DNA of 64,000 nucleotides. It comes from Methanobacterium sp. (GTDB lineage Archaea > Methanobacteriota > Methanobacteria > Methanobacteriales > Methanobacteriaceae). The notes beneath the pieces were generated by a model, which made no database searches, was not told where the DNA came from, and was given only the letters and a program-made list of their open reading frames with translations. How positions within the stretch are numbered: the stretch's first letter is position 1; the number at the start of each line of letters is the position of its first letter. The position numbers were made by a program, and so were the translations under genes. Location: assembly GCF_016222945.1 (NCBI RefSeq), contig NZ_JACRPY010000003.1; one strand, written 5' to 3'. Shown one piece after another: positions 52,793-61,300 of the stretch.

Positions 52793-53094
52793 AATAGCAA
52801 AAACTAACATTTTTTGGATGAATACACTTACAAACTAATTAATCCAAACATCAATGGAACCATTTCACCTCAATTACCTTTTTTGAAGTGCACCATTAAA
52901 CTGAATTCCATTTAAAACTCAACAATTTAATTAACTAAGCATGAAGGAGCCTACAAAATTTACAATTTTGTGGCTATCAAACACTTCGTGTTTGATGCCT
53001 GCAAAAACCTTTGGTTTTTGCGGTTGCAAAGCAAGCTTTTGCAAACATCAAAAATGTAATTTTCAAATGCTCTAAAAAATAAATTTTTTAGGAG
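52793..53094 (+). promoter_or_regulatory. Conserved adhesin-gene leader, copy 3 (palindrome at 52953..52971), interrupted by a hairpin-array insertion
   Basis: Aligns with copies 1 and 2 on both sides of a roughly 99-nt insertion at 52975..53073. Confidence 0.5.
52975..53073. repeat. Hairpin-array element (three 7-8 bp stem-loops) inserted into leader copy 3; MITE/REP-like
   Basis: ATCAAACA-cttcg-TGTTTGAT, GCAAAAAC-ctttg-GTTTTTGC and TTGCAAA-gcaagct-TTTGCAA. Absent from the otherwise colinear leaders 1 and 2. Confidence 0.45.
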
Positions 53095-53102
53095 GTGAAA
53101 AA

Positions 53103-54806
53103 ATAAGAAAACGCACAACTAAAAAAATTCTCATTCCTATAATCTTTATCATTGCTTCATTAACATTAATAAGCGCTGTTTCTGCAGTAAATATACATGT
53201 TAACACTACTGGAGACGATATTAATGGTGATGGTAGTGCTGATAAGCCATTCCAAACAATACAGAAGGGAGTAGATGGTATAGCAGATAGTGATACTGTT
53301 ATTATTGCTGATGGAACATACACTGGAACAGGCAACAACCACATTTTAATTGATCATTCCATTACTGTACAAGGTCAAAGTCAGACAGGAACCATTATAA
53401 ACGGGGCAGGGACCCGGATATTCAGTATATCATATGGATACAATGTTATAATCAAAAACCTCACGATAACCGCATCAAATAGAGCTATCGACAATTATGG
53501 TACTTTAACTGTGAATGACTGTACTTTAACTGGCAACACGGAACATGTTGGTGGTGCTATCTACAATGTGGGTACTTGTACTTTGAATGACTGTACTTTG
53601 ACTGGCAACACAGCAAATCATGATGATGGTGGTGCTATCTACAATTATTATGGTACTTTAACTGCTAATGACTGTAATTTCAATGGTAACACGGCACATT
53701 CTTCCTATTTTGGTGGTGGCGGTGCTATCTGCAATTATGATGGTACTTTAACTGCAACTAACTGTAATTTCAATGGTAACAGAGCAGGGGATCAAATGGG
53801 TAGTGGTGGTGCTATCTGCAATTATGATGCTGGTACCTTGTATGTTATTGGTTGTAATTTCAATGGCAACAGTGCAAGTGGTTCTGAGTATGGTAATGGT
53901 GGCGCTATATTCAATAGATACGGTTATTGCTCTGTTACTAACAGTATTTTCACTGATAACACTGCACATCTTACTACAACGCCTGGTGTAAACTTTATTA
54001 ATTATATCGATATGTACATGTTAGATGGATATGGTGGTGATATCTGTAATGGTGCTAATTTGGATGTGATTAACTGTATTTTCAATGGTAACCATGCAGT
54101 TGATATTCCCGGAGGCGTTTTCAATGTTTTTGGAGTTGTCACGAACTTTAATCTCAATCGCATACTCGGAAACACTAATATCCAATGCTGGGGTGCAGTA
54201 AACTGGGGAATTAATTGGTATGTTCCTGCCAGTTTAATTGTCACAATAACCGGACCAACAACTGTCAATGCAGGTAATACAATCACATACACCATAACCG
54301 TTACCAATAATGGTCAGGGTCATGCGGATAACGTGCAAATTCAGGATATTATCCCTACAATTCTACAGAATTTGGTCCATGACTCGTTTAATCTGGGAAC
54401 AATAAATGAAGGATCCTCTAAAACAGTTACTATAACTGGAACAGTCCCATCAAGCGTTACCCAGGGAACCATCATAGAAAATAGCGCTACTGTGACTTCC
54501 CGCACTCCTGCAACAATTACACCATCAAATATCATAAGAACCATAATCTATGTCATAAAAACAAACCCATTAATCAAAAAAACACTAAGCAATAACCTCA
54601 AAATCAGTCAAACATTTGCAATCATCAACAATGGATTATCCAGAGAAACCATAGCAAACCTCATAACCTTACAGGAATGGTTTAAAACAGGTAATAATTA
54701 TGGTGACGGCGGATGGAGTTACGTTTCAAACAATATGACAATAGCAGGATTAATAATTGCAATTCTAGCTGTTTTTGGAGTTTTAGTAGCATTAAAAAGA
54801 AAATAA
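53103..54806 (+). CDS. Adhesin-like surface protein (third paralog) lacking a canonical start codon
   Basis: The frame is open from 53076 and encodes a typical signal peptide (..RKRTTKKILIPIIFIIASLTLISAVSA) and beta-helix N-domain. The first ATG/GTG/TTG in frame is only at 53511. The in-frame ATA at 53103 sits 4 nt after AGGAGGTGA. The SD-embedded GTG (53095) is out of frame and hits TAA after 3 codons. Confidence 0.6.
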   Translation: MRKRTTKKILIPIIFIIASLTLISAVSAVNIHVNTTGDDINGDGSADKPFQTIQKGVDGIADSDTVIIADGTYTGTGNNHILIDHSITVQGQSQTGTIINGAGTRIFSISYGYNVIIKNLTITASNRAIDNYGTLTVNDCTLTGNTEHVGGAIYNVGTCTLNDCTLTGNTANHDDGGAIYNYYGTLTANDCNFNGNTAHSSYFGGGGAICNYDGTLTATNCNFNGNRAGDQMGSGGAICNYDAGTLYVIGCNFNGNSASGSEYGNGGAIFNRYGYCSVTNSIFTDNTAHLTTTPGVNFINYIDMYMLDGYGGDICNGANLDVINCIFNGNHAVDIPGGVFNVFGVVTNFNLNRILGNTNIQCWGAVNWGINWYVPASLIVTITGPTTVNAGNTITYTITVTNNGQGHADNVQIQDIIPTILQNLVHDSFNLGTINEGSSKTVTITGTVPSSVTQGTIIENSATVTSRTPATITPSNIIRTIIYVIKTNPLIKKTLSNNLKISQTFAIINNGLSRETIANLITLQEWFKTGNNYGDGGWSYVSNNMTIAGLIIAILAVFGVLVALKRK

Positions 54807-54820
54807 ATTATGTGATCAAT

Positions 54821-56245
54821 ATGAAAATCTTATTTGTGGAACCACCAAAGGTATTCTGGTTTGTAATGGGAGAGTACATGCCTCCACCTTTGGGAATACT
54901 TCAATTAGCTGCCTATTTAGAGTCTAAAAATCATAAATGGGATATTGAGGTTCTGGATTCCCAGGCTGAAGATTTTGGCTGGGACAAACTTCAAAGATAT
55001 ATTGAAAGAGCAGCGCCAGATATAATGGTTTCCAGTGCACTGGCAACCTGTAACACATTCACCATCCTCAGAACACTGGAAATAGCCAAAAAAATCGGCC
55101 CTAACATTAAAACAGTGGTTGGTGGTCAACATTTCACGGCCCTGGCAGATGAAAGTCTGAAAATGTATCCTGAAATCGATTTCGTGATTCGTGGAGAGGG
55201 AGAAGTTACCCTACATGAATTGGTCAAAAGTCTGGATGAAAACAGACCCCTTTTGGATGTTAAAGGACTTTCCTTTAGAAACGGCATGAAAATCGTGCAT
55301 AACTCTCCACGACCATTCATCAAGAACTTAGATGACCTACCTTTCCCTGGTTATCATTTTGTAGAAGACCATATGAATAAATATAACTTCAAAATGATGG
55401 CCCATTCTGGTTCAGGATATGCACTGGTTGAAGCATCCCGTGGGTGCCCTCATAAATGTACTTTCTGCTCACAGTGGAAACACTGGGGATGCAAATGGAG
55501 GCCAAAATCCCCTGAAAGAATTGCCGATGAAATGGAACAGCTTTACACCGAATATGGCATTAGTTTTTTATGGCTCACCGATGACAACCTGGGCCTAGGC
55601 AAAACAACCAGCAAACTATGTGATGAATTAATCAACAGGGGACTTTCAGAGGATATATCCTGGTTTGTTCAATCAAGAAGCGATGATATCATAAGACATC
55701 AAGATAACCTTCCTAAAATGAGAAAAGCAGGAAATTACTGGATAATGGCCGGATTGGAGCGCCATGATAATGATATCTTGAATAATTATCATAAAGGAAT
55801 TAAACCATCTGATTCCAAGCTTTCCATGGATCTGTTAAAAGAAAATGACATATTTTCCCAGGCTACATTGATAACTGGTGATAGGAACGATTCCCATGAA
55901 TCTATTCAGGGTTTAAGAGATTTCGTTAATTATGTGGATCCTGACATTGCAATTTTTATGATTCTAACTCCCTTTCCTGGAACCAAACTCTATGAAACCG
56001 CCAGGGAAAACGGGTGGTTGGAGGATGATAACTGGGCTAATTATGACATGGTCCATGCAGTTATGCCCACAGAATACCTTTCACGTAATGAAGTCCAGGA
56101 AGAGTTGTACCAATGCTACCGGAGCTTCTATGGGAGCATGAGGAGAAGAATTAGTGGTGTGTTATCACGGAATAAGTTTAAAAGGCAAACTTATCGTTAT
56201 ATGGCTGGTCAGGGACTCCTACATGCACTGAGGGATTTATATTGA
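54821..56245 (+). CDS. B12-binding-domain radical SAM protein
   Basis: Start at ATG 54821 (MKILFVEPPK..). N-terminal B12-binding-like domain and radical SAM CxxxCxxC (GCPHKCTFC). Begins 14 nt after the adhesin-3 stop. Confidence 0.85.
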   Translation: MKILFVEPPKVFWFVMGEYMPPPLGILQLAAYLESKNHKWDIEVLDSQAEDFGWDKLQRYIERAAPDIMVSSALATCNTFTILRTLEIAKKIGPNIKTVVGGQHFTALADESLKMYPEIDFVIRGEGEVTLHELVKSLDENRPLLDVKGLSFRNGMKIVHNSPRPFIKNLDDLPFPGYHFVEDHMNKYNFKMMAHSGSGYALVEASRGCPHKCTFCSQWKHWGCKWRPKSPERIADEMEQLYTEYGISFLWLTDDNLGLGKTTSKLCDELINRGLSEDISWFVQSRSDDIIRHQDNLPKMRKAGNYWIMAGLERHDNDILNNYHKGIKPSDSKLSMDLLKENDIFSQATLITGDRNDSHESIQGLRDFVNYVDPDIAIFMILTPFPGTKLYETARENGWLEDDNWANYDMVHAVMPTEYLSRNEVQEELYQCYRSFYGSMRRRISGVLSRNKFKRQTYRYMAGQGLLHALRDLY

Positions 56246-56955
56246 ACTTTAAGAAAAATAATATTGAATTTCAATCCATTTTTTTAATAATAGTTTCTTT
56301 TTTGGGCCTTTTTTTCCTCATTGCAATGTATCTATGGTCTCCTCCCTCAAAAACGTATTATTCTTTTCAAAACCCATTAATTCTATCTATTTTCATTGCA
56401 ATATGTCTTTTAGGAATTATGGCGGCTATTTATCCTTCATTATGCCAAGGTCTAATGAAATTTCAAAAAGAAATGGAGAAAAAGACTTCTAAAGTTGATA
56501 ATATACTATTTGAAGGCCACCACCCTGATTGTGGGAAGTTTGAATCCCACACATTTTGCATCAAAGGGAAAAAATACTGCCCTGGATGTTCAGGACTTTT
56601 TATTGGAGCTATTATTGCAGTAGTAGGAACTTTGCTTTATTATTTCGCTGGTTTACCCCGTATATATGGACAAACCTTTTTTTGGATGGGGGAAGTAATG
56701 GTTTTTCTCGCTTTGTTCCTGATTGTATTTTTAGAAACAGAAAAAAAACTGAAATTCATTTCTAACATAGCACTGGTTCTGGGATCCTTTCTTATACTGA
56801 TAGGTATTATGGCAGTTAAAGAGAATTGGATAATGGAAATTTACTTCTTATTTCTGGTTATATTCTGGATATTAACCCGTGTCAGTGTCTCTGAAAAGTA
56901 CCATGAAGATATATGCAGGGATTGCCAGAAAGAATCTATCTGTATTTACGAATAA
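56242..56955 (+). CDS. Cys-rich polytopic membrane protein (DUF2085-like)
   Basis: 237 aa. The TTG start overlaps the radical SAM stop by 4 nt. ..HHPDCGKFESHTFCIKGKKYCPGCSGLFIG.. resembles the DUF2085 H..P.RSF..CaRCtGiy.G pattern. C-terminal CRDC..C. Confidence 0.5.
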   Translation: MNFKKNNIEFQSIFLIIVSFLGLFFLIAMYLWSPPSKTYYSFQNPLILSIFIAICLLGIMAAIYPSLCQGLMKFQKEMEKKTSKVDNILFEGHHPDCGKFESHTFCIKGKKYCPGCSGLFIGAIIAVVGTLLYYFAGLPRIYGQTFFWMGEVMVFLALFLIVFLETEKKLKFISNIALVLGSFLILIGIMAVKENWIMEIYFLFLVIFWILTRVSVSEKYHEDICRDCQKESICIYE

Positions 56956-57015
56956 AAAAAAACCGTATTTGTGTGGAAAAAAGAGTAAAATAAGAAAAGG
57001 AGAATATTCACAGTC

Positions 57016-57348
57016 CTATCTTTTCCGTGTACCGTAAATTGCACCAAATATTATCAATAGACCCACTATGACAATAACTGCTGGCCATATATAGGTCCAA
57101 ATGTCTTTGAATCCTGTTAATGATGCCAGACCTATTAAAATAAATATAATACCTATAATCAGTGGCCCAATTATATTCCCATGAGGAAGACCAAAACATT
57201 CCTGTCTTTGACGATAGTAATGGTCATCATGGTGGCGGTGGTGATGCCTTCCCCCATAATCCGAAGTTTCTTTTAACGATTCTCCACATTTAGAGCAAAA
57301 CTCTGCGTCATCTGCGTTTTTAGTTCCACATTTATGACAATAAACCAT
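57016..57348 (-). CDS. Zinc-ribbon / His-rich / TM-anchored small protein
   Basis: MVYCHKCGTKN..FCSKCG zinc ribbon, a GGRHHHRHHDDHYY His-rich tract, two TM helices, SD AGGGGGT. Confidence 0.6.
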   Translation of the reverse strand: MVYCHKCGTKNADDAEFCSKCGESLKETSDYGGRHHHRHHDDHYYRQRQECFGLPHGNIIGPLIIGIIFILIGLASLTGFKDIWTYIWPAVIVIVGLLIIFGAIYGTRKR

Positions 57349-57510
57349 AGAATACCCCCTATATGCATTATAATTTCTTCAATTAATGTCCATTATATTA
57401 TATTTTGAGTAAATTAACGTTAATATTTTTCCCTACTCCGAATAGATGTAATGAACTATTTTTTGGTCTTATTTTTATTTGTCTCCAAAAAAAATGTAAT
57501 TTAAATCATA

Positions 57511-58020
57511 TCATTCATTAGGATATTTAACAGAATTCATATCTTCCATAAATTCTATCCCAATACTGGCATGACTATATTTAGCGTGTTTGGCGAGTTT
57601 TCTAAACCTTTGAAGACATTCTTCACCTTCATCAGTTATTTCATAATATTTTACTTTCCTTTTTCCTTGGTGTTCCCATGATCCTTTTATTAACCCATTT
57701 TTTTCTAGATCATGTAGTACGGGATAAATCTTACTGGCACTGGGCATTTTACTCTCATAAGGAGTAGATTCATGGAGTTTAGTCATTATTTCATACCCAT
57801 GCAGCCTTTTTTTGCTAATAAGCCATAGAATCATGATGTTACTGAAACTCCTTATTAAACCTCTAATAAGCTTTTTTTCGAATTTAGACAAACTTATACA
57901 GATTTCTGTATGTTTTTCCATATGTTTATGTCCTATTTCCGTGTTTACACCACTTTTTAGGCCATATCCATTTGAATCGTCCATCGGCTTACTTCCTTTA
58001 CTAATTCTATGATATATCAA
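57511..58020 (-). CDS. PadR-family transcriptional regulator
   Basis: ..LHGYEIMTKL....KIYPVLHDLEKNGLIKGSWE..GKRKVKYYEITDEGEE.. The true start is probably an internal Met (for example 57984). Confidence 0.8.
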   Translation of the reverse strand: MIYHRISKGSKPMDDSNGYGLKSGVNTEIGHKHMEKHTEICISLSKFEKKLIRGLIRSFSNIMILWLISKKRLHGYEIMTKLHESTPYESKMPSASKIYPVLHDLEKNGLIKGSWEHQGKRKVKYYEITDEGEECLQRFRKLAKHAKYSHASIGIEFMEDMNSVKYPNE

Positions 58021-58276
58021 ATTTCGATACTTAGTTATTTGATATATTTGATTTTATATAACTATTTTCGATATATCTAAAATGACACATTTAATTAGGA
58101 TATTAAAAGCATCATGAAAATAGGATTCAAAGAAAGTTTAATAATCATACTTTGACTTTAAAAATAAATTTGAAAAATTAGTATATATCAAATGCTAAAA
58201 TGAGGAGTATTCATGAGATAATCCTAATTTTAAGCCTCCTGAATTGTCCATGATTAAAGTAACTATAATTATTCCA

Positions 58277-58555
58277 TTATTGTCCGCTGTTATCTAATAA
58301 CCACTCTTCATTTAACTCTTTTCTTTTCTTATCTCTTGCACTTTCTAATCCTTTTTGTAATCCAAAGCTTGAATTAAGATGATCTGCCATTAATTCCATT
58401 GCTAATTCTTCATCATTAAGTTCTTCATCTGTAGTATATCCAATGATAGCAAATAATGATTCTTGCCATGCTTTATATTCTTCTGTAGTCTCAAGCGCTT
58501 TTATTAAATCATTATCAGCACGTTCTATCCCTTTACCTTGATTTTCATTACTCAT
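58277..58555 (-). CDS. Small acidic hypothetical protein
   Basis: 92 aa, SD AAGGAGA upstream. Confidence 0.4.
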   Translation of the reverse strand: MSNENQGKGIERADNDLIKALETTEEYKAWQESLFAIIGYTTDEELNDEELAMELMADHLNSSFGLQKGLESARDKKRKELNEEWLLDNSGQ

Positions 58556-58673
58556 TTTTTTTCTCCTTTTTTATGTTTCACAATACTCTTTATTTATATC
58601 AATGATACTAACAATTATTGATTTATCAATTATTTTTAAGGGATCTATGATTTATCCAATTGAATTAAAAAAT

Positions 58674-59108
58674 TTATTCTAAATTTGAACTTAATTTATT
58701 CAATAAAGAGTTAAATTGTTCCAGTTCGCTCTTACTAAAAATAGATTTAATTTCTTGAGCATTCTGGGACATTATTTTTGATGTTTCTTCATATAAATCC
58801 TTACCCTTATCTGTTAAATATATTAAAAACTCTCTCCTGTCATGATATGAATTCTTCCTATCAATAAGTTCTTTATACTCAAGTATATTTAAAATTCGTG
58901 TAATTGCTGCTCTATCTCTATGTGCTAATTCAGCCAGTTTCTTTTGATTACTTCCTTCAGATTGATATATAATACTTAAAATAATCCATTGATCCAATGA
59001 AATATTGTGTTTTTTAAGTTTATTTTGGAGTTTTCTTTTAACCAGGTATCTTAATTTAAAAGATGCCCATTCTATATCATTTTCATCAAAAACAACATAT
59101 ACAGACAT
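58674..59108 (-). CDS. MarR-family transcriptional regulator
   Basis: 144 aa. ..LDQWIILSIIYQSEGSNQKKLAELAHRDRAAITRILNILEYKELIDR..DRREFLIYLTDKG... Divergent from the CPBP protease gene. Confidence 0.8.
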   Translation of the reverse strand: MSVYVVFDENDIEWASFKLRYLVKRKLQNKLKKHNISLDQWIILSIIYQSEGSNQKKLAELAHRDRAAITRILNILEYKELIDRKNSYHDRREFLIYLTDKGKDLYEETSKIMSQNAQEIKSIFSKSELEQFNSLLNKLSSNLE

Positions 59109-59197
59109 TCATCTATTTTTAGCAGTTTGGTCTATATTAATATCAAGTTATAAATCTAATTCCAGATAACTATTGGATATTAAGGAGGGTATCAACT

Positions 59198-60274
59198 TTG
59201 AATACAGCAATTTTAGAAAAGGGACAGCTTAAAAAAGAATTGTTTGCATTTTTAATTATTACTTTTGCAGCGACCATCCTTCTTTCATTTGTTATCTATT
59301 TGATTTCAGGCCCTATATCATTTACACCATCTAGATTATGGTATATTTCATTTCAAGCTTGTATGCTAATACCTGCTACTGTTGCTATATTTTGTATGGT
59401 TTACTTCAAATCTAAAGCCTTAACCACGGAAACAAAAATTATATTTACTTTCTTCCTGATTTATACTGTTCTATTCATCTTTGAAAGCTATTTTCAGCCA
59501 ATTACAGGGACTGTGGGCATGCCTATCGTTGCATTACATCCAACTGATATGAATATACCTCTAATTTCAATGATTGTCGCCATTTTGGGAATTTTAACTG
59601 TAATTATTCTGAACTTAAAAAAGAAATGGAGAGAAGGTCTGGAACCTTCAAAATTAGTATTTGGAAAAAATTTAAGAAATTACCTGATTATACCTCTGAT
59701 TCTTTCTCTAATAATCATTCTTAATTATATTCTTAATTATATTTCAGGATTAGGCGTTCCCACAAAAGAATTTAACTTGAACCTGTTCTTTAGCACTTTA
59801 ATACCCAGTTTAATTTTGTCATTCTTCCTATTATGGCCCAACTATTTTGGAGAAGAATATGGATGGAGAGCGTACCTCCAGGACAGATTATTCCCTCTCT
59901 TTGGCAGTTATAAAGGTGTTTTATTACTAGGTATCATATGGGGTCTATGGCATGCTCCACTTATACTGGTTGGATTAAATTTTCCAGGTCAACCAGTACT
60001 CGGAATTGGTTTAATGATTGTTTCTACCATTATAATGGGCATTATTTTTAGTTACGCTGTTTTAAAGACTGGAAGCGTTTGGATAGCAGTAATGCTACAT
60101 ATGCTTGTAGATACAATCTTTCCAGTGGGCCAATATTTCATTGCTACATCCATTAATCCCATATTTTCATTTGGAACAGGAATCTATGGTTTTGCGATTA
60201 TGGCAGTATTTGCACTAATTCTATTAAAGTTTAAAGTCTGGAAAATAAATGAAAATATTACATTAACTGAATAA
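59198..60274 (+). CDS. CPBP-family intramembrane glutamic endopeptidase (CAAX protease/Abi)
   Basis: EEYGWRAYL (EExxxR), ..LWHAP.. and ..MLHMLVDT.. motifs. TTG start 8 nt after AAGGAGG. Confidence 0.8.
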   Translation: MNTAILEKGQLKKELFAFLIITFAATILLSFVIYLISGPISFTPSRLWYISFQACMLIPATVAIFCMVYFKSKALTTETKIIFTFFLIYTVLFIFESYFQPITGTVGMPIVALHPTDMNIPLISMIVAILGILTVIILNLKKKWREGLEPSKLVFGKNLRNYLIIPLILSLIIILNYILNYISGLGVPTKEFNLNLFFSTLIPSLILSFFLLWPNYFGEEYGWRAYLQDRLFPLFGSYKGVLLLGIIWGLWHAPLILVGLNFPGQPVLGIGLMIVSTIIMGIIFSYAVLKTGSVWIAVMLHMLVDTIFPVGQYFIATSINPIFSFGTGIYGFAIMAVFALILLKFKVWKINENITLTE

Positions 60275-60364
60275 TTACGGGAAAAAAGAAAACTGACTCC
60301 ATAAAAAACTTATATTTGAAAAAAGATAATATATTATAAATTAAAATAATATGGAGGTGAAATT

Positions 60365-60520
60365 ATGGAAACACAACAAGCGAGTGGTGGTTCGATGATA
60401 GCCCTTGCTATTATTATAGGAATCATCATCCTGATATTTCCATTCTTAGTATATTGGCTAGCTTGGTTTTCGGTATTTATGTTGTTCATTGGAGGCGTTG
60501 TTGCCTTAATGACAAAGTAA
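60365..60520 (+). CDS. Unannotated 51-aa membrane protein
   Basis: ATG lies 4 nt after a perfect GGAGGTGA. METQQASGGSMIALAIIIGIIILIFPFLVYWLAWFSVFMLFIGGVVALMTK. Below the track cutoff. Confidence 0.4.
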   Translation: METQQASGGSMIALAIIIGIIILIFPFLVYWLAWFSVFMLFIGGVVALMTK

Positions 60521-60600
60521 TTCCATCAATCTAACCTTGAATACAAAAAAAATCCCTTAAATTTTTTTTGATCATAATCCAAGGATAAATTTATATTTTT

Positions 60601-61149
60601 TTATTTACCTGCCATCTTTTTGCCTATCTCCCGAGCCTTTTTAATGTCTTCTTTGTCTTTAACAGCTCCAGGCATTTGATTTCCCTTTGAAGAAAGCAAA
60701 TCAGTGACATTGTAGCCAAGGAAATTGAACATGTTTCTAGTGTAATCAAAATACTCTGTAAACATGTTTTCAGAGTTACCCTGCGAAAACACAAGTGTCA
60801 TGTCTTTTTTACCGTATTTATCCTCAAAATCAGTTCCAAAAAAGGCGTAAAGTCTGTCTGTAAAGAGTTTTGTTTGGGCTGACATCTGCCACATGTAAAC
60901 CGGCGATCCTAATATAAATGCATCTACCTCTTTTATTTCACTGTAAATACTCTGCATATCATCATTTGTGGCGCAATCTCCCCCACTACCCTTACAATGT
61001 TGACATGCGTTGCATGGCGCTATGTTCATTTTATGTAAATTTAAAATTTTTGTCTCTGCTCAGGCATCACTTGCTCCTTTTAGAGCTTCCTCAACAAGTA
61101 TTTCAGTGTTACTACCTTTTCTTGGGCTGTAAAAGTCTATGACTTTGAC
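60601..61149 (-). pseudogene. Iron-sulfur flavoprotein / NAD(P)H-dependent FMN reductase-like gene with in-frame TGA and no start codon
   Basis: The same frame reads VKVIDFYSPRKGSNTEILVEEALKGASDA-TGA(61060..61062)[22 protein letters not shown]... The SPRKG.NT flavin-binding N-terminus lies upstream of the stop. No ATG/GTG/TTG precedes it. Confidence 0.6.
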
Positions 61150-61300
61150 ACCCCAAAAAATCGTAGATTTTTTGACGGCTTCCTGTAAATCCTATTACCC
61201 TAGGAAACTTTCGAAATCTTTGATTTCGATGCATCGAAACTGGAAGTTTCGAATGCTTTGTTTCCGGGACCTCAAAATCTTCGATTTTAAAGGCTTTCAT
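61150..61300. repeat. Hairpin-array repeat (copy 3 of the family) in the divergent intergenic region
   Basis: AAAAAATC-gta-GATTTTTT, TCGAAATC-ttt-GATTTCGA, TCGAAACT-gga-AGTTTCGA and AAAATC-ttc-GATTTT. Both strands give open frames (track ORFs 61112..61315 and 61139..61327), as expected for palindromic repeats. Confidence 0.4.

Noticed and set aside
53072-53344. 90-aa minus-strand ORF upstream of the tracked adhesin-3 ORF.
   Set aside because: It is antisense to the signal-peptide and N-domain coding sequence of adhesin 3, which is homologous to the N-termini of the other two adhesins.
44116-54544. Many 60-130 aa ORFs on both strands inside the three adhesin genes (for example 44626..44844, 45324..45602, 49348..49665, 53748..53969, 54002..54307).
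   Set aside because: They are by-products of the repetitive GGAIYN-coding DNA in other frames. The long sense frames with signal peptides and anchors explain the region.
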